A stretch of 64,000 nucleotides of DNA from positions 496,001-560,000 of the forward strand of contig JAQGDQ010000097.1 in the NCBI GenBank assembly GCA_030141605.1, written 5' to 3'. The DNA comes from Tubiluchus corallicola. Taxonomy: Eukaryota; Animalia; Priapulida. Every line of letters starts with the position of its first letter. Position 1 is the stretch's first letter. Position numbers and translations under genes: made by a program. Under the pieces are notes generated by a model. The model had not been told where the DNA came from. It saw only the letters and a program-made list of their open reading frames with translations, and searched no databases. Positions 1 through 15,800 of this stretch are shown here, piece after piece.

Positions 1-696
1 TGACTTCGTAATTAAAGCAGCTCACATTCTTTTTGGTTTTGTTCATCATCTTTTTACCAACATTTTGTGTTTTATTTTTGTGTGTTTCCTTTTTTAAGAC
101 TACATCATTAACAGAAGTAGTGCAAGTAAATAAAGAGGTAATCAATAAGAATACATAAATAACAAAATAACCCAAGTCAAGTAAGTAAAGTAGTAATCAA
201 TAAGAGAACATCAGTAACAAAGTAAGACAACTAAGTAAAGTAATAATCAATGGCTGAACATTTGTAAATTTGTCAAACAAGTTGATTTATTTGTACACTA
301 CACGTAAATTAATCTCTGGGACATCAAGTAGATGTAATTATAATAATATCTAATTTCGATGTTGGTGCCATAATTACTGTTCGATCATATTGGTTTCACT
401 GCATACCAGCATCGTACATAACACTGCATACTGTACAGGTGTGAGGCATACTGATGCGTTGTTCTTGATCTCACAGGTGTTCATCTTGATTTATTATTTA
501 CACCTGATGAATGAAGTGTTCACAAAGCTTGCTACTAATTAACCAAAGTTGTTCAATTCCCTAAATAATTAATGCACCGTCATGCGATCATACTTTAATT
601 AACTCTGGTTTCCACTATTCTACACCATTAATTATTAATTGAAAACACAGTTGCTTCTGTACGTCTATGTTTATTACTAATTTGTCTTTTTTTCAG

Positions 697-836
697 GAAC
701 TCTGAGCGCCATGAATTGTACAGCAGTGGCACATTGAAAATCAAGTATACTATGGTAGCTGATAAGGGCCAATACAAATGCGTTGCAGAGAATCGTCTTG
801 GACGGACTGAGTCATTTGCCATATTAGTTGTGCTGG
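697..836 (+). CDS. Ig/FN3 receptor exon: C-half of an Ig domain
   Basis: tttcag acceptor, gttagt donor; NSERHELYSSGTLKIKYTMVADKGQYKCVAENRLGRTESFAILVVL. Confidence 0.9.
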
Positions 837-3800
837 GTTAGTCATGCTACAACTTACAATTATTTAACATTATATCTGTTGTTATTTGGCTGTAACAAAC
901 TAATTTAAAAAACTATCAATAAGTAAGTTCGCATCCCATATTACCGGTTTTAATAAAGTGTGACTTTTTCAGTTGAGCCAAAGTTTATCGAGCGTGTCAA
1001 AAACGTCATTGTTGATCCAGGCGATATGGTTTCGTTGAAATGTGCTGCAGACAGAGGTGATCCAACTCCGGCTTATCATTGGCTGAAAGATGGCAAACAA
1101 CTTATACTTGGTTAGTAATTTTATTATGAAGCAAAGTTATATTAAGCTAAATTAATTTTTTAGGTGGACTGCTTAGCTGTCAAACATCCTGTTAAAAATA
1201 AGGAGCTTCAGTATAAGGCAAGCTGAATTGAATTTGTGCTACGTGGACTGAAGATATAAAATGACAGAAATCGATACTGGAGTGTTACATAAAAATGCTT
1301 CGTTAAAGATAAATGATACAGACGTGGCTAAGTGTCTGTGTATTTCTATTGATTCAATTTCATCTGATCTACTGATCATTGTGTTCAGTAACGTTCTCGA
1401 TTTGAGGCTGTTTTACAAATTTGCCAATCACGCGTTGTACCTTCTTGTTATCTCAGTGCTTTGTATAAATCAAAAGTTGCTACCACTGTAAGTCTCAGCA
1501 TATTGCACTTCAACAAACATTTTTTAAACATTAAATAGACTGTATTAGTACTATTATTGGCAAAAGTATTGCTGTGCATAATTTTTGTGAGAGTTTGGTT
1601 AATAGTAATGTATTTATAATTGTAGAAACAGGGCTTTAAAACAAATTTGGTTTTGCATTTTCCTGACATTCCAAACACATACTTGTCTAGAAAAAAGCGT
1701 AGTAATTATAATAAATTTATATCTTGATTAATATATTTCACTATCTCAGCGTGTTTTACACATTTATAGTAAAATAAAGTGACAAACACATGAAGTTAGT
1801 AAATGTGCTGAAATTTTAACAACAATGCAGTGTAAACGAATTGCTAACACTAAAATACCAAAATAGCATAGTCATAATTAAGAAATGTGTAAAATACAAA
1901 AAAGTGCAGAATCATCACCAAAAACTAGAACGGCAAACAAGTGGACTGTAGAAAGAGAGAAACTAAATATTAAAAACTTGTTAAACACAAAATGGAGTTT
2001 TCTAGGGAACTGGGGATTGTTATAATCATTCTTCATATGTGTGTTTTTAAGATGCCGATTTATCATTTAATCTTCAAATTAGAATCTAGTTTAATTTGTC
2101 TGATCAACAGAGTTAACTTGGTTAAGCAGCTACATAGATCACCTTTCACTGTCTTTCGGTAATATAAAAAATACAACATAAATACAATAGCCCTACAATA
2201 TTAAAAATGCTTTTCGACTTGTATTATCGGCCAATGGTAAGGTTTCTGTCAAGTTAAATATTTTAAAAATTAAAAATTGTTATTAGTATAGGCGACATTG
2301 AACAGTTAAAAATGTATTTAAAAATCTGTAGTTGATATTAAAATGTAATTTCATGCAAAATTCCACCACTAGATGGTATGTAACTTGTGGGAAGTCAGGA
2401 AACGTGAAAAAAACACTTTCCACATAATTATCCAATGGTAAGGTTACTGTCAAGTTAAATATTTTAAAAATTAAAAATTGTTATTAGTGTAGGCAACATT
2501 GAACAGTTCTATAAGCATATTAAAATGGTGAAATGTTCTTTTTGTGTTTTCAGAGTCAAATATGGCCATCAATCCGCTGAATTCGTTGATCGTTCATGGT
2601 GTAATACGTTCAAATATTGGTGAATACACGTGCATTGCTCAGAATGAAGCGGGTGCAGCCAAGAAAACTTATTACTTATCCACTCCCGGTATGTTTCCTT
2701 ATTTATTAAACTTTTATCTTAACGACTTTTTGTCAGCAATTCCGTGCATCATTTTCCTTGCATCCTCATTGTGAAATGGGCCTAATGTTTGTATTGTGAT
2801 AGGCTACTTTCTGATAGGATGCTGATACTGTTGTTGTTGCCACTTTGTGTTTCTCGCATTTTCCTTTAATTGATCATCATTAGATCGTTTATGCCAGTAG
2901 TTTTCTAACAATAAAAAATATTACCTTGTTAGACAAATCATGACACTGCGGCTGTGGTACGTCATTCTAAAAACATTCATACAACAATGCATTGCAACAT
3001 ATGTGCTTTTAGTTTGCTTTTTATCTTGAATAGATTATGTTAGAAAAGACATTTTCCTGGTCATTTAAATATTAGTTACAATGACAGTTGACATTCTGAT
3101 AATCGAATGCATTCAAACATCTTACTCAAGTAAAGTAGATGTACAACTTGATGGATTTTAAGTTCATTGCTTAAAAGTTGGAGCCATTTATACCAGGTTT
3201 GTCCTTACACCGTAGAACACTTTACACTGTGTGAAACCTAATATTTCATATAGATGATGCATACATAACAAATTGCTTAGACCATATTAACATGAGGTTC
3301 AAAACGCAGCTAAGTATTTCTTTTTGGAATTTTTATATAATCATTTTACATTAAAACGCAAAACTGGCATTGATTTAAAGTTTTAGTTAACTACTGAAGT
3401 GAGTAATTAAGTAAAGAGTTACTTGCTTCAGAGGCTTGAGTGATTCCATGATAGGATTGCTCCTGATATGAAGCAGTTTACACCAAATGAATAACAGTGA
3501 CCTGCCAAAAAGCTTGTTCATGTAAAAACGCGTGAAATGCCCAGAAAATAAGTAGTATCATGTAACATTAAGTAAATAATTTGTGTTTTAGCTTGGAAAA
3601 ACACTGAGCATTAACACTCGCCACGAAAAATATTATTGTCGTGGCAAAAAGTCATTGCCATTTTTGCCTCTTTTTCCTCTTTTTGTTTTTACGTTTTTGC
3701 TTGGAGTATCTATAACATGCGGGTCACGAAATTCGTTGCAGCCCAACTGGGTCTCGAACCTGGGCCGGACGAGAGTAACTATGAACATAGAAGCTCAAAA

Positions 3801-6800
3801 CTTACACTAGCACAGCAGGGTTTCCTTCATTTAATATCAATCTTAGAAAAATCATATCATCCAATGAATCATACATCCAGGGACATGATTCTGCTCACCT
3901 CCCTATGCCAGGACTCCCTGCTTGTCGCAATGCCCCAAGTGCATTTATTTCTAAGGATCAATGCACTACTATGCGCTTGAATCATTGCAGAGAGCAGGAT
4001 GCCCAGCCATATAAGCAGGTGAGCATTTAAGACAAAATACTTTAATTTAAAAATTAAGGTCAGTGGCTTGTCAGCACCACTTCCGATTTTAGAAAAATGT
4101 CTTTCGCCGAACACCACACACATGGTTTGCGTTCTGACTACCCAAGATAACGACTGGTACTGTGAACAATTCACCTAGCTAATAGCAAGTCTTCAAGTTG
4201 ATTACAAAGTATCCAAAGTAACGTCTTGTCGGAATGCCCCAACCAAGACACAGTCAATGGGCCTTTTAGCTGAGTCAGCCGTTTAACCAATTTATATCAG
4301 TAACTGCTCTGATAACCTCCCAAGTAATAGCTGTCGTGACCTACTTAATCATCCAATCACAGCAGCAGTATAGGTATGACATCGTGAAACCGAAATTTGG
4401 TCCAAAAGTTAAACTGTAACATTTCTTCGTTGAACTGACAATAAATAGATGGCGCCACCGGTTTATAGCTTTTACCTAATTCTGTCAATTTGTTTTTAAT
4501 AACATATTTAATTATTATGCATTTAATTGTAACTAATGTTTTTTTCAAATGTCACGTAAATGTGTTATTACAGTTAAATGACTATTCATTTTAATCTGCC
4601 AAACATGACCGTGACAGTATTCGTAGCATGTGCAAGACCAAGACTTTCGTGTGTATGTGTGGTGTTATCTTGTAAATACTGAATAAACTCAGCACTGCAA
4701 GTTTTCAAACACCAATTTTCTGTGGAGTGGGTGTAATATAGATAATTGCACGTCTTAGTGTTTTTAGTGTTGATACTTGCTAAACAGAATTTTAATTTTA
4801 ATATAACTTTAATGTGTTGCAGATGTACCAGTGTTTGTGAAACTGCCTCAGAATACAACAGTGAATATTACCAGTTCAGCAGTTATTTCCTGTGAAGCTG
4901 CAGCCAGAAAACAACCACAAATCAACTGGTACTTCCAGCAAGCAAATGCGGAGATTTATCTTGGCAGTGACAGGTACTGAAGAACTTATTCGTTGTTTTA
5001 GTAGTTTCGGTTTATGCACGTAGACATGCGGAGTTTACCCAATACTCTTCTTTTGAAACTGACAAGTAGTTTAGAAGGCAATAGGTACTTTTGACATGGT
5101 TGTTTTTTAACTCTCAAAAAAATCTGTGAATTATTTTTGACTTTACATTTTCACTTTGCTGACATGTTTCTGTTTTATATTTGTAAATTACTGTTGCCTG
5201 TTGGTTACATATTACTTGTTTTAAGTATTTGTGACACTCTACATTGCTGGTATTGCTTACTTTAGTATGGTTATCTATGGTAGGCTTCATCCCTTATATT
5301 GCTAAAACCACGCTGGCGAAATATGACAGTTAAGACTTTTTGGCAACTTTAACGTTAATAGCTAACCACTGCAATAGGAAAATTATTGAATGTGACTTGA
5401 AAAAAATGACACAGAAGTTGTGGAAGGTGACACAAAATTTGATAATAAGTAAATTGTCCCTTCTTTGCTAGTAAATGCAGGTATATTTTTTTACCTATTT
5501 AAGATAATAAATTAATTATGATAAAGAAAACTTTGAAACCTTTTTCTTAGTTGTTAGTTGCCTTTTTTGTTAAATGTTTTGTATGATAGGTCAACAGATG
5601 TAATAGGCAACAGATTCATAACAGAAGACGGTTGGCTTCACGTGACTGAGGTTACAGAGGAAAACAGCGGTTGGTACATCTGTGAGGCTTTTACTCGTCA
5701 AAAAACAGTCCGTGCAAAAGCGTACCTCACTGTGCAAGGTTCGTTACACATGTTTGCTCATGTTACTTTCTAATGGAATTTGAGATTATAATTTTGTTCC
5801 TGCTCAAGGTTTGAATGTATATTTGTAATCGTTAGCCTGTTTTATCAAGCAATTTACCATACAGTATGGTAGAGAGAAGACAAATTTCAAATTATTGTTT
5901 CTTGCTTGCTTGGTTGATTGAATGTTATTTGAATGCTTCCCTGTTTGTTTATTTATTTTTTGATCTTTCGGTGTATAAGTACCCCAGTCTTGTAGTTTGC
6001 TGTTTGTGGCCTCCTGGCGCAGTCATGGAAAGCAACTTATTTTGATTTAATTAACTAAGACAAAAAACCAGCTATGACCACATTCGCTTTTAGTTTTGTT
6101 CAGTTTTGTGATTTGATTTAGTTGATTTTCTCCTTATGTTTTGACTTTGTTTGTGAATGATTGTCTGTATTTGTCAGTGTTTGCATCAATAATTGTTTGA
6201 GTGATTGTCTCAATATGTATTTTTCAGAAATTAGAGTGCCAGTGTTCTTTGTATACGGGGTTATATTGATATTGTTTTTTGTCTCTGTAGTTGCACCAAT
6301 GATCTCTTCAGCGATGCTGCCCCCTAGAGTATTTAACGGTGCCCGTGCAAACATCACCTGTAATATTGAATCTGTGCCATTGCCATCAGTTACCTGGATT
6401 TCTCCCTCTGGGCTCGTGCTGACTAGTCACTCATCAAGCAAGAGGTACACTTTGAGTGAAATGTCTCTTGTGATACGTGATGCAAGAGTTAAAGAAGACT
6501 GGGGTCACTGGATTTGCATTGGTTGTAATCTACTGGGCTGCATCAACTCCTCTGTTCATCTCTCTGTTGAAGGTACTATGCAAATTTCAGATAAGTGATT
6601 TTGAATCGATCGATTATTAGGGAATAGCAAGTCTGTATTGAACGTAAAATTTCTGTTTCTTGTTTAAAATATGAAGCATAACTACATCAAAAGTTGTTGC
6701 TTTCTTGGAAAAATATTGTAGGAATTTGTGTACAACTTCGTAACAAACTGTTTAGCTGTGTGTAAAAGTGTTTAAAAACACTGAAGATGTCAGTGAGAAC

Positions 6801-9800
6801 AGCTGTGAATTGAACTGAATTCAAAATAGTATTGAAAATTGATTTATAAATAAAATCATTATTGTCAACTAGTACTAAATTGTTTTGCTTTAGCTTTAAA
6901 CATTGTGCAATGTTATTTAGGTAAGATCATTTTTTAAATATTTACTTTAAAATAGCTTTTGCAGTTAATTGTTATGATCTTAATGTCAAGATTATTACTA
7001 ATGATTTTATAAACCCAAAATTGATTAAATTTTGATACCATGAAAAAGTGAAAAAGTTGGGATGCAGCTAGTGATGAGAATTGATACAAAAATGGCGATA
7101 CGATTTCGATAAGCACTTTACAAAAAATTACGCTACGATTTCAATCAACGATAAGGATTTGCGATACGATTCCGATAAATGATAAGGGCTTGCTATACGA
7201 TTTCGATAAGCATTTTACAAATCGATTTGTACCATTTTAATTTCTAAAATACATGTTGTATTAAGTAGCTACACTAGTGATTAATTAGAGAGCTTTGCAA
7301 ACATAGGCAAGCAAAACGTAGCACTGCCAGAATTGCACAGCCTGCCAAAATTGAACACTGCCAGAATTGCGCAGCTTGCCAAAATCGATGACTGCCAATT
7401 ATTTATTTTACATTTGTCAGCATGTAATAAAATGTATGTCAGCATAGACCCGGTTAGATAAACCTGAATGATAAGTATGAATTAGCTGCAAATTTATGTT
7501 TCTCCTCTACTTCTTTGACATACGAACGCGTAAATAATTGTATGAAATTTTATGGAGTTAGATAAATTTACTATGACTATTACCAAAGCCATTGAATTAC
7601 TAAAGATTAGGCTTTACGCTCGTAAAATGTCCGAGCTCTCATTGTCAAAGCACTATTTTTACCTTCTCCATGTATGTTTTCAGTACAATTGTGCTATTCA
7701 AGAATTTGTAGCGTCTTCTGCAAAGTTTGCACTTCGCCGTTTTATCCACTTTGTTTATTAAAAAATGATAAGCGTATTTTGACATGACGAATCTTGCAAA
7801 AGTGAAATTTTACGTGAAACACGGAAAATATTCAACTGCAGAGTGCAGACGGCAAATCAAGGTATGTGAATCACGTGACTACTGACCACCCAATCACAGA
7901 CAAGGTTGTTGAAGTTATTTCGTGAGGCTGCAGGTGTAGTTTGTTTATTTTCAGTTCCACAGTGCATAGATGCTGTGCAGCATCATTTTATGTAATTAAT
8001 GCTACCAGGTTTTGAAGTTATAGCACAATAATATGAACTATTGTTCTCAATATCTTTATTATTGCTAGGGCACACAAATCGCTGAAAAGACACATTGATT
8101 TTGATATCGATACTCCGATTGTATTGATTTTCTGTGGCGATAATAATTTATTTTATCGATTCGATAACAGATAAATAAATCAATTTTGTTTTGTAACGAT
8201 TCAAATGCGTAAAATGTAATCAGGCCTTTGTTCAAATCCAGACTGCATCCCAACTGTTCACATTTCCTGTCTTAAGTTTGGTATCAAAATTTAATTAACT
8301 GTGGGTTTGTAACAGGAACAGCATTACATAGCATCATGTTTAGAACTTAAAAAACCCTGCTAATGGAGACTATAAACAAACTTATTGCTGAATATTGGCA
8401 GTGCTAATGATGATGATTGTAAGAATGATTGGATCTTGTCTTAAGATACAATTTCAATATACAGTATAATCAGTTGTGATTATTCATATTTTTCAGGGTC
8501 TCCAGCTATAGTGAACGTGACTGCGTCAAAGCAAAATGACATCATCAGTATACAATGTATAGCTGTTGGCACTCCCAAGCCAACTGTTGGCTACCGTCTT
8601 AACAACAAAGCTTTTGACAATGTCAACAACAAATTAGCTGGTAATGTATGGAATCCCTCATTCATGACTAAATCATTACAAAGCAAACGTTCAAACATTT
8701 TTGTAAATTGCCTTTATTGCCTTATTTCACGAACGTCCAGAGTTTGTGTTCTTTCACTTAACTTGAAATTTACAAAAATGATTTGTAAATGCCCAGGTAA
8801 ACACATCTATAGAGATTACTGTAATAGTAGAATTATAGGCTATAAGCCTACAATGAACATAAAATTTAGTGTTTATAAAGAGTGCATTCCAACTGAGATT
8901 TAATACTTTGTTGTTCTTTGTGCTATAAAATTCAGTAAAAAGTATGTATAAAAATTGGCGAGTAAATAACAACTTGTGTTATCAAATAAAATTGTTGAGT
9001 TTAGATTGCTAGTAATTGTTTCAATAAACGTACCATTCCTTTTTTCAAATTAAAGGTTAAAAAGGGCAGTCTATTAATTATCCCAGTTAGGCCGTGTCCC
9101 AGTTAGGACATATTAGTACACAAACATTTGCAAAGATTTTGCAAAACATTAAAAAAAGGTGTCAAAGAAAATTCTTCAACATGATGTATTTACTTCTCCA
9201 TCTGTTATCTGATTAATTTTTACATTTTTTGTTTATCTTTTCATATATAAACTACATTTAATAGCTTTGGTTGTATGTTTTGTTATGTGATTAGGCCACA
9301 CCATATCGGTGGATGGTGGACTCACTTTGAAAAATGTAAATATCTCCATGTCGGACGTGTACACCTGCATAGTGGAAAATGAGCACGGGAGCACGGGGAA
9401 GAAGTTACAAATCCCCGACAAGCCATACTCTCCGTATGTGACTGATGTTTTACCTCATAGTGCTGTGTTAATGTGGCAAAGGGGAGGAAGGAGGGATTTG
9501 CCTATCGAGTCCTATACTGTGCAATTACAGGTAAGTCGCTTATGTAGTATATTTTGTACATTTATTGTGCTGCTGTTTGAAAGGCGACACTTAAATATTC
9601 ATTCAATTTATTGTATAAAATTTTTAATTTTATTTACTATAAATTTTATCACACTTTTATAACAAAATCACTTTGTAACAGAAAAAGCAGTCTATGGTGA
9701 TTTAACAGTTAAGGTGTTGATGGTTCAATTTTCACTTACTGTGGCCTGGTCGGGCAATCTAATTCACTGACCCAATGTCTTGCTTAGCCGTACTTGAGAA

Positions 9801-12800
9801 AACCAAAGCACAAGAGGTGAATGTGATTTTTTTAGGTCTATGTGACACTAAAACTAATTTGCATGCTAGATTAGTAGATGTGTTTTGGTGGCCTTCATGT
9901 CCTTATGAATTTTAAAATGTATCTTGAATTCACATAAAAAGTTGCCTTCATTTTAAGTTACTTATAGCTGGGCATTTAGGAAAGCAAGTGTTACTCTGTG
10001 GTATCAGCTTGCTAAATCAATTAAGCAGATTTTGTCAAATAGTCTACGCAGTTTGAGTTACTTGTTTGCTTGGCTATTACAGAAATTTCCCTGAAAATGC
10101 TTTACTAAAATGATCGTGTTGTTAAAAGCACCTTCAGGACCTTAGCTTCTAAGGTTTAAAAACTCAATCGGTGCTTTAGTCCAATTGTGGAGCTTAGGAA
10201 CCAATCAGTTACATTAAGCACTATTAGCAAGTTTCTCTTTTTTGGTGATAAATTGTATGTTAGCTAAAATAATTATTGCTCATGTATACATTGTTTAAGA
10301 TTGTTGTGACAGCATTGTATTGTTTAAGATTGATGTGATAGCATTGTATTGTTTAAGATTGATGTGATAGCATTGTATTGTTTAGGATTGTTGTGACAGC
10401 AGTGTATTGTTTAAGATTGTTGTGATAGCATTGTATTGTTTAAGATTGATGTGATAGCATTGTATTGTTTAAGATTGATGTGATAGCATCGTATTGTTTA
10501 AGATTGTTGTGACAGCATTGTATTGCTTAAGATTGATGTGATAGCATTGTATTGTTTAAGATTGATGTGATAACATCGTATTGTTTAAGATTGTTGTGAT
10601 AGCATTGTATTGTTTAAGATTGATGTGATAGCATTGTATTGTTTAAGATTGTTGTGACAGCATTGTGCATTGTATTGTTTAAGATTGTTGTGACAGCATT
10701 GGAAACTATTTTTAGATCGGTTTATCTCATCAGTGGAGAGAATTGAATCGAACCATCCGCGGACCTCCTGTAGACATCATCGGCTTACAACCGTACACTT
10801 TGTACCGGTTTCGTGTTCGTGCTAACAGTGTACTGGGTTCTAGTGAGTTTAGTGAGGTGGATCAAGTTCGTACGTTGGAGTCAGCTCCAGCTGCACCATC
10901 TGGTGTCACCGTGATGAGTTCTCGAGACTCCGTAGTCCTGATGTGGGATCATCCTAGGGTGCTGAATGGTAACCCAGGTAATATGGGCAACATACTTCTG
11001 ACAAATGGATTCTTTCATTTTTTTTGTAAGATGCTCGTTGTTTTAGTGTAAACTGAACTTCAAATAGGGTTGTGTGACCAGAGCAGAAGTGAGAAGTGTT
11101 TGGTGTTGCGACACTGTTCTGTTACTTAAATCTACTTTATTTAAAATAGTAATTGCTTCTTATTGTCGGTTTACAAAGTTTAAAGTTGAATGTTTAGAGA
11201 ACTGGATTTCTTGGCATGACAAATCGAATAGTGACTCAACATATTTCGAAGTGCACAGTGACTCTATTATATTCTTCAGTAACTGCCTTAACATAAATTG
11301 TTTTGCAAATGTCTGCATCAACCACTTGTATGGCTATATATGTCATTTCTTCCATTCCTTTTTTGCTAGTTTGAGCGCAGATTCACAGTCCCCTATTAAC
11401 ATTAACAAATATTGTTTAAATCAAAAGACAGCTTTTCACAACTACTGTGAACTGTTCTATGTCATATTGGCTATCCCCTGTGTGAGTATGCGTGAACATA
11501 ATACGGGTTTCATTTCCTAACCGATTAAGTTTGGAAGTGTCAGCTAAATGACTAATGAGTAATTATATATTATATTGTTATATTCTTATAGTCTAGTATT
11601 GAACAGTCTTGTACATTTACATGCGTCTTTATAGTGTCACGGTGACCTCAGTTACTTTTTAATCTTAACACGAAAACGTTATGGTCTCTTGTAAGTACTA
11701 GGTAAATGCATTTTATGGCATTTTTTGCATTTTTAGATAACATAATGTATGAGATTAAATATGAAGACTTAACTCTCGACTCACCGGAAGGTGTGATTGA
11801 GATGATGTACCACGACCACCTCCGCGAAGTCCACATTCGTGACGTGCCATATAACTCCACGTACCAATTCATGATTCGTGCCATCAATGTGAACATCGAC
11901 GCTACTAGTCCTTGGATATTCATCAATGCAACAGCTAAAGAACACCGTATGCATTTTCTATTATTAGCACATAATGTCGAATATATTTCTAGTTCATAAC
12001 GCAGACCATACTTCAGGCTAGTTAAAGGTACAATATGACTAAGAGATTTAAAGTGCTGGCTCACAGGTATATACAGTGAACTATTAAAAATAAATTATTT
12101 CAGTTTTAATTTACAATTTTATGTATATATGTCATGGATAGCCACTAGAGACATTCTGTTGTATTGAAATTTTGAGGCACATCCTGTCTCAATTGTGAGA
12201 AAAGTCATGTGGTATGTATTTTTAGAATTACTATACTTCAAAGTGTGCTTTAACTAAAATTTTTTTGCTTTTGTTTTAGCACCAAATTTCATTCCTGCTA
12301 TAGAAAGTTTGGAACCCAGAGGACCCCATACTGTATACATATCTTGGAACCAGGTTTGTGCTCTACTAACTGTTTAAATAATAATTGAGTGTTGTGAAAG
12401 CAGATTTTACTTTGAATGATAGTAGTGATCATAGTAGGCTTAATTTATTACTGTTTTTAAAAACTCGAAAAATTACAAAAGTGCATCCGAACTGTGGTCT
12501 TCCTGGTCCTAATCTGAAGTATGGGCCTTTCAAGTTCTTTACGAGTTCGTATCTGAACACTAGTCCTTCCTTGAACCATGTACTCATCCAAGTTCTTAAA
12601 TCATACACGGGCTTTTTTGGACTTCTACGGGTAAGAACTTTCTAGAGTCCTTATCTGAATTGTGGGTCATTCCAAACCCAAATCTGAATTACTGATCTTT
12701 ACCAGTTCCTTATCTGAATTGTGGGTCCTTCCAAGTTCTTACCTGAATTACTGACAGTGTTACTGACAATTATAAATGTAATATCACCACAAATACAATT

Positions 12801-15800
12801 ACTCTTCTGAAAAGTAGTGGCACTACAATAACTATTACTTTTGTTTCTCGACAACTGCTGAACAGCATTGATATAGTACACTGCAAAATGTAATAGGTCC
12901 TGTAAAAGAGCCTGTTAATATTAATAATTAAACTTCTAAGTGGCAGTTAAAGAAGCCCAAGATTGTTAAACTGTAGAAGTCTGCAGCTGATATTAAAACA
13001 CAAATTGCTACACCTTGCTGTCAACCACAAGAATGAAACGTAGTGCTATAATGCCGTTACAACACTACTTTAACGTATTGAATTTAAATTTTGCTGCTAT
13101 TTATTTTCAAAGTAGTTTTAGTAGTAGTACTATAGTAGTAGCACTACTACACAACACTGATTACTGATCTGTCACAGTTACTTGTGTGAACTCTGGGTCC
13201 TTCCAAATCTTTACCTGAATTACAAGTCCTTATCAAGGTTTGTCATGTTCACTGGCTTTTTAAGAGGCAAACTGTCTGATGTTTGCCATTTCAAAGCAAA
13301 ATTAAAATTTCTGTACCAGCTCATATTTGTTTAATTTATTGTACGTGAGTACATTGTTATATTCCGGTTTGTGTACAAACATTTTAGCTGTCAAAGTCAG
13401 GCTAATTAGTTGTTACCCAGGATTTGTCGTTAGAATCATGTTTTTAAGTATCTGAATTTGTTACATTCAGCTCTGTCAGCTCAGATTAGAACTTAGAACT
13501 TTTGAACTGAGAGATTTGTGTGTTCATTTTACTGTTATAAGTGCAGAGATTATTGCCAGGCATTTACTTCACTTTACATTACCTTTATTTATAAAATCAG
13601 TAAGAATTCTGTGTTAAATGAAGATGACTGGATTTAACATATTACAGATTCCCAAAAGCCATTTGATGCAAGGTTTTGCAATTGCATTTTCCCAAGAAGA
13701 GGAAGGTGACTATGCCATAATACAGATGCCTGAAGGAAACGCTACAGGATTTGAACTCTCTGGCCTAGAAGAGGGAGTGACATACTACATCAAGGTGGCT
13801 GTGTATAATCTTGGAGGCATAGGTCCTTACAGTGCCCCATGGACAATTCAGACAGACTATGGTAAGTTATATCGTATGTGCATTCGTCCTCAATTGGTAG
13901 TGTGATTTGCGTTAAATATATGCGTTAAATATAATGCAGACCTTTCCCTCAAATGCTGCAAAACTCTATTATGACAAGTCTCAATTCAGATTTTCAGAAA
14001 TTCTCCATAATCACTTATTTGTAACTTATGTTACGTTTACAGTGTAATTCTGTGTTCAACAAGTTTATTTTCTAATATAAGGTAAGGTAGCTGGACCAGA
14101 GCCCGGCCCTACTACTAGGACAGGATCAACTTTCACTTACATTAAAGTTCGTGCCTGTGATTTAGTTGTTGATAATTTCTATTGTAATTTATAACTTGTT
14201 TATATACAGAAGTGTTTCGTCAAAAGACTTACTCGGCACCATTGGCCAAGGGTGCAGTAATTGCTACAATAGGGGGAATAGTAGGCGGCCTGTTGCTTCT
14301 AGTTGTTATAGCAGTCATTTGCATACAACAACGTAAACTACCACCACTAGACTCTGTAAACTTGCTGCGATCTGGGATCATACACGAAAATTTCAGCAAT
14401 ACTAGGTAAGCTTTTTTGTTCATCCAGAATGTAATATAATAACAGCGGTGATGACGACGACGACAACAATGACGACAACGTTTATTAATATAATCTTTCT
14501 TACCGAAATAACACTTAGTTTTACCTCGCTCATATCTCGATTTGCTGGACCTCGCTTTTATGGATATCGGAAAAATCTGACAAAATCTGGACTCTTAATA
14601 GTCCCGCATGCTACGGACACAGTCCGTTGTTTCACGAACTGATTGCTAGCTAGCAGGCCATCACTTTGTTTACATCATTACATTAGTGCAACCAAGCAGC
14701 ATGTAATGACACTTTTGTAGCTTGTATTTGAGTGGCCCATACTAGACGTTTTTGAGAAAATGAGGCAATTGATTGTACATTACAGTGAGTCTAATACACA
14801 GCGCCTACTGTATTAGCTTAGTATCAGAGCCTAGTAGCTTAGTAATTTTATTAAAGTATAAACATTTATTACAGTAATTTATTAAAGATTTTTTTGTGTC
14901 AGTGATGACCCAGAGTGGATGAAACTAGCATCATTACCTAAGGAACTATTGACAATAACAAGAATAGTTTTTAAGATACTTGTACCAGTGTTTCCCATTT
15001 ACTTGGAAAGATCTCCTTTACCATCAAATCTATCGTTCCTTTTGAAGTTCTTCAAGCTTCTTGAAGTGCAAATGCCCACTAAAAAGGACTATAGAAGCAC
15101 ATTAAATGTGGCAGTGCTGCACAGGACATTGATTTGAATTGTTTCAGCCGCAAAATTTAATTACCACCTTTGTTCTCCCACTTATGCATACGATTTTTTT
15201 CTGATTAAAAATATCAACACACTTGAATGATGAGGATGTGGTCAAACAATATTTTCAATATCTTACAGCTTTCTGTATGACTCGATTTCAATTGGCTCTG
15301 TAAAGCATCAAGGAAACAACACTCGGAGTTACAATGTGACCGGAATGGCTACTCAGAGTGGAAATCCACAGTATGGCAACAACTTCATATTCAGAGAGTA
15401 AGTTTATAGTTCAGAAAATGATGGGTCCTTTTCACATTAACCAAGGGCTTTATAAAGTTGAAGTTTTCTCAAAGCGAAAGTACAGGTTTATAGTCCTAAT
15501 GTTCTTGCATATCTTGCAAATGGTGAAATTTATGCGCATAATCCTTGATGATCATCAGTTTTAGGTCGCGGTGCCTTTAATGATTTTCTGGAAAGCGACT
15601 CTGAATTTACTGTTTGATGCAGCATAAATAAAATGGTTAGCTGCATTATTCCAATATCCAAGCCATATTAGTAAATTCACTGTTATGTCTGAAGTGCACC
15701 ATTTACATTTTACTAGTGGTATAACGTGAAGCTTTGCTAGAGTGGCAGTGTATAAGCACTAGTTTTAGTAGACAATAACATTTCAGTCTTTTGACTGAAC

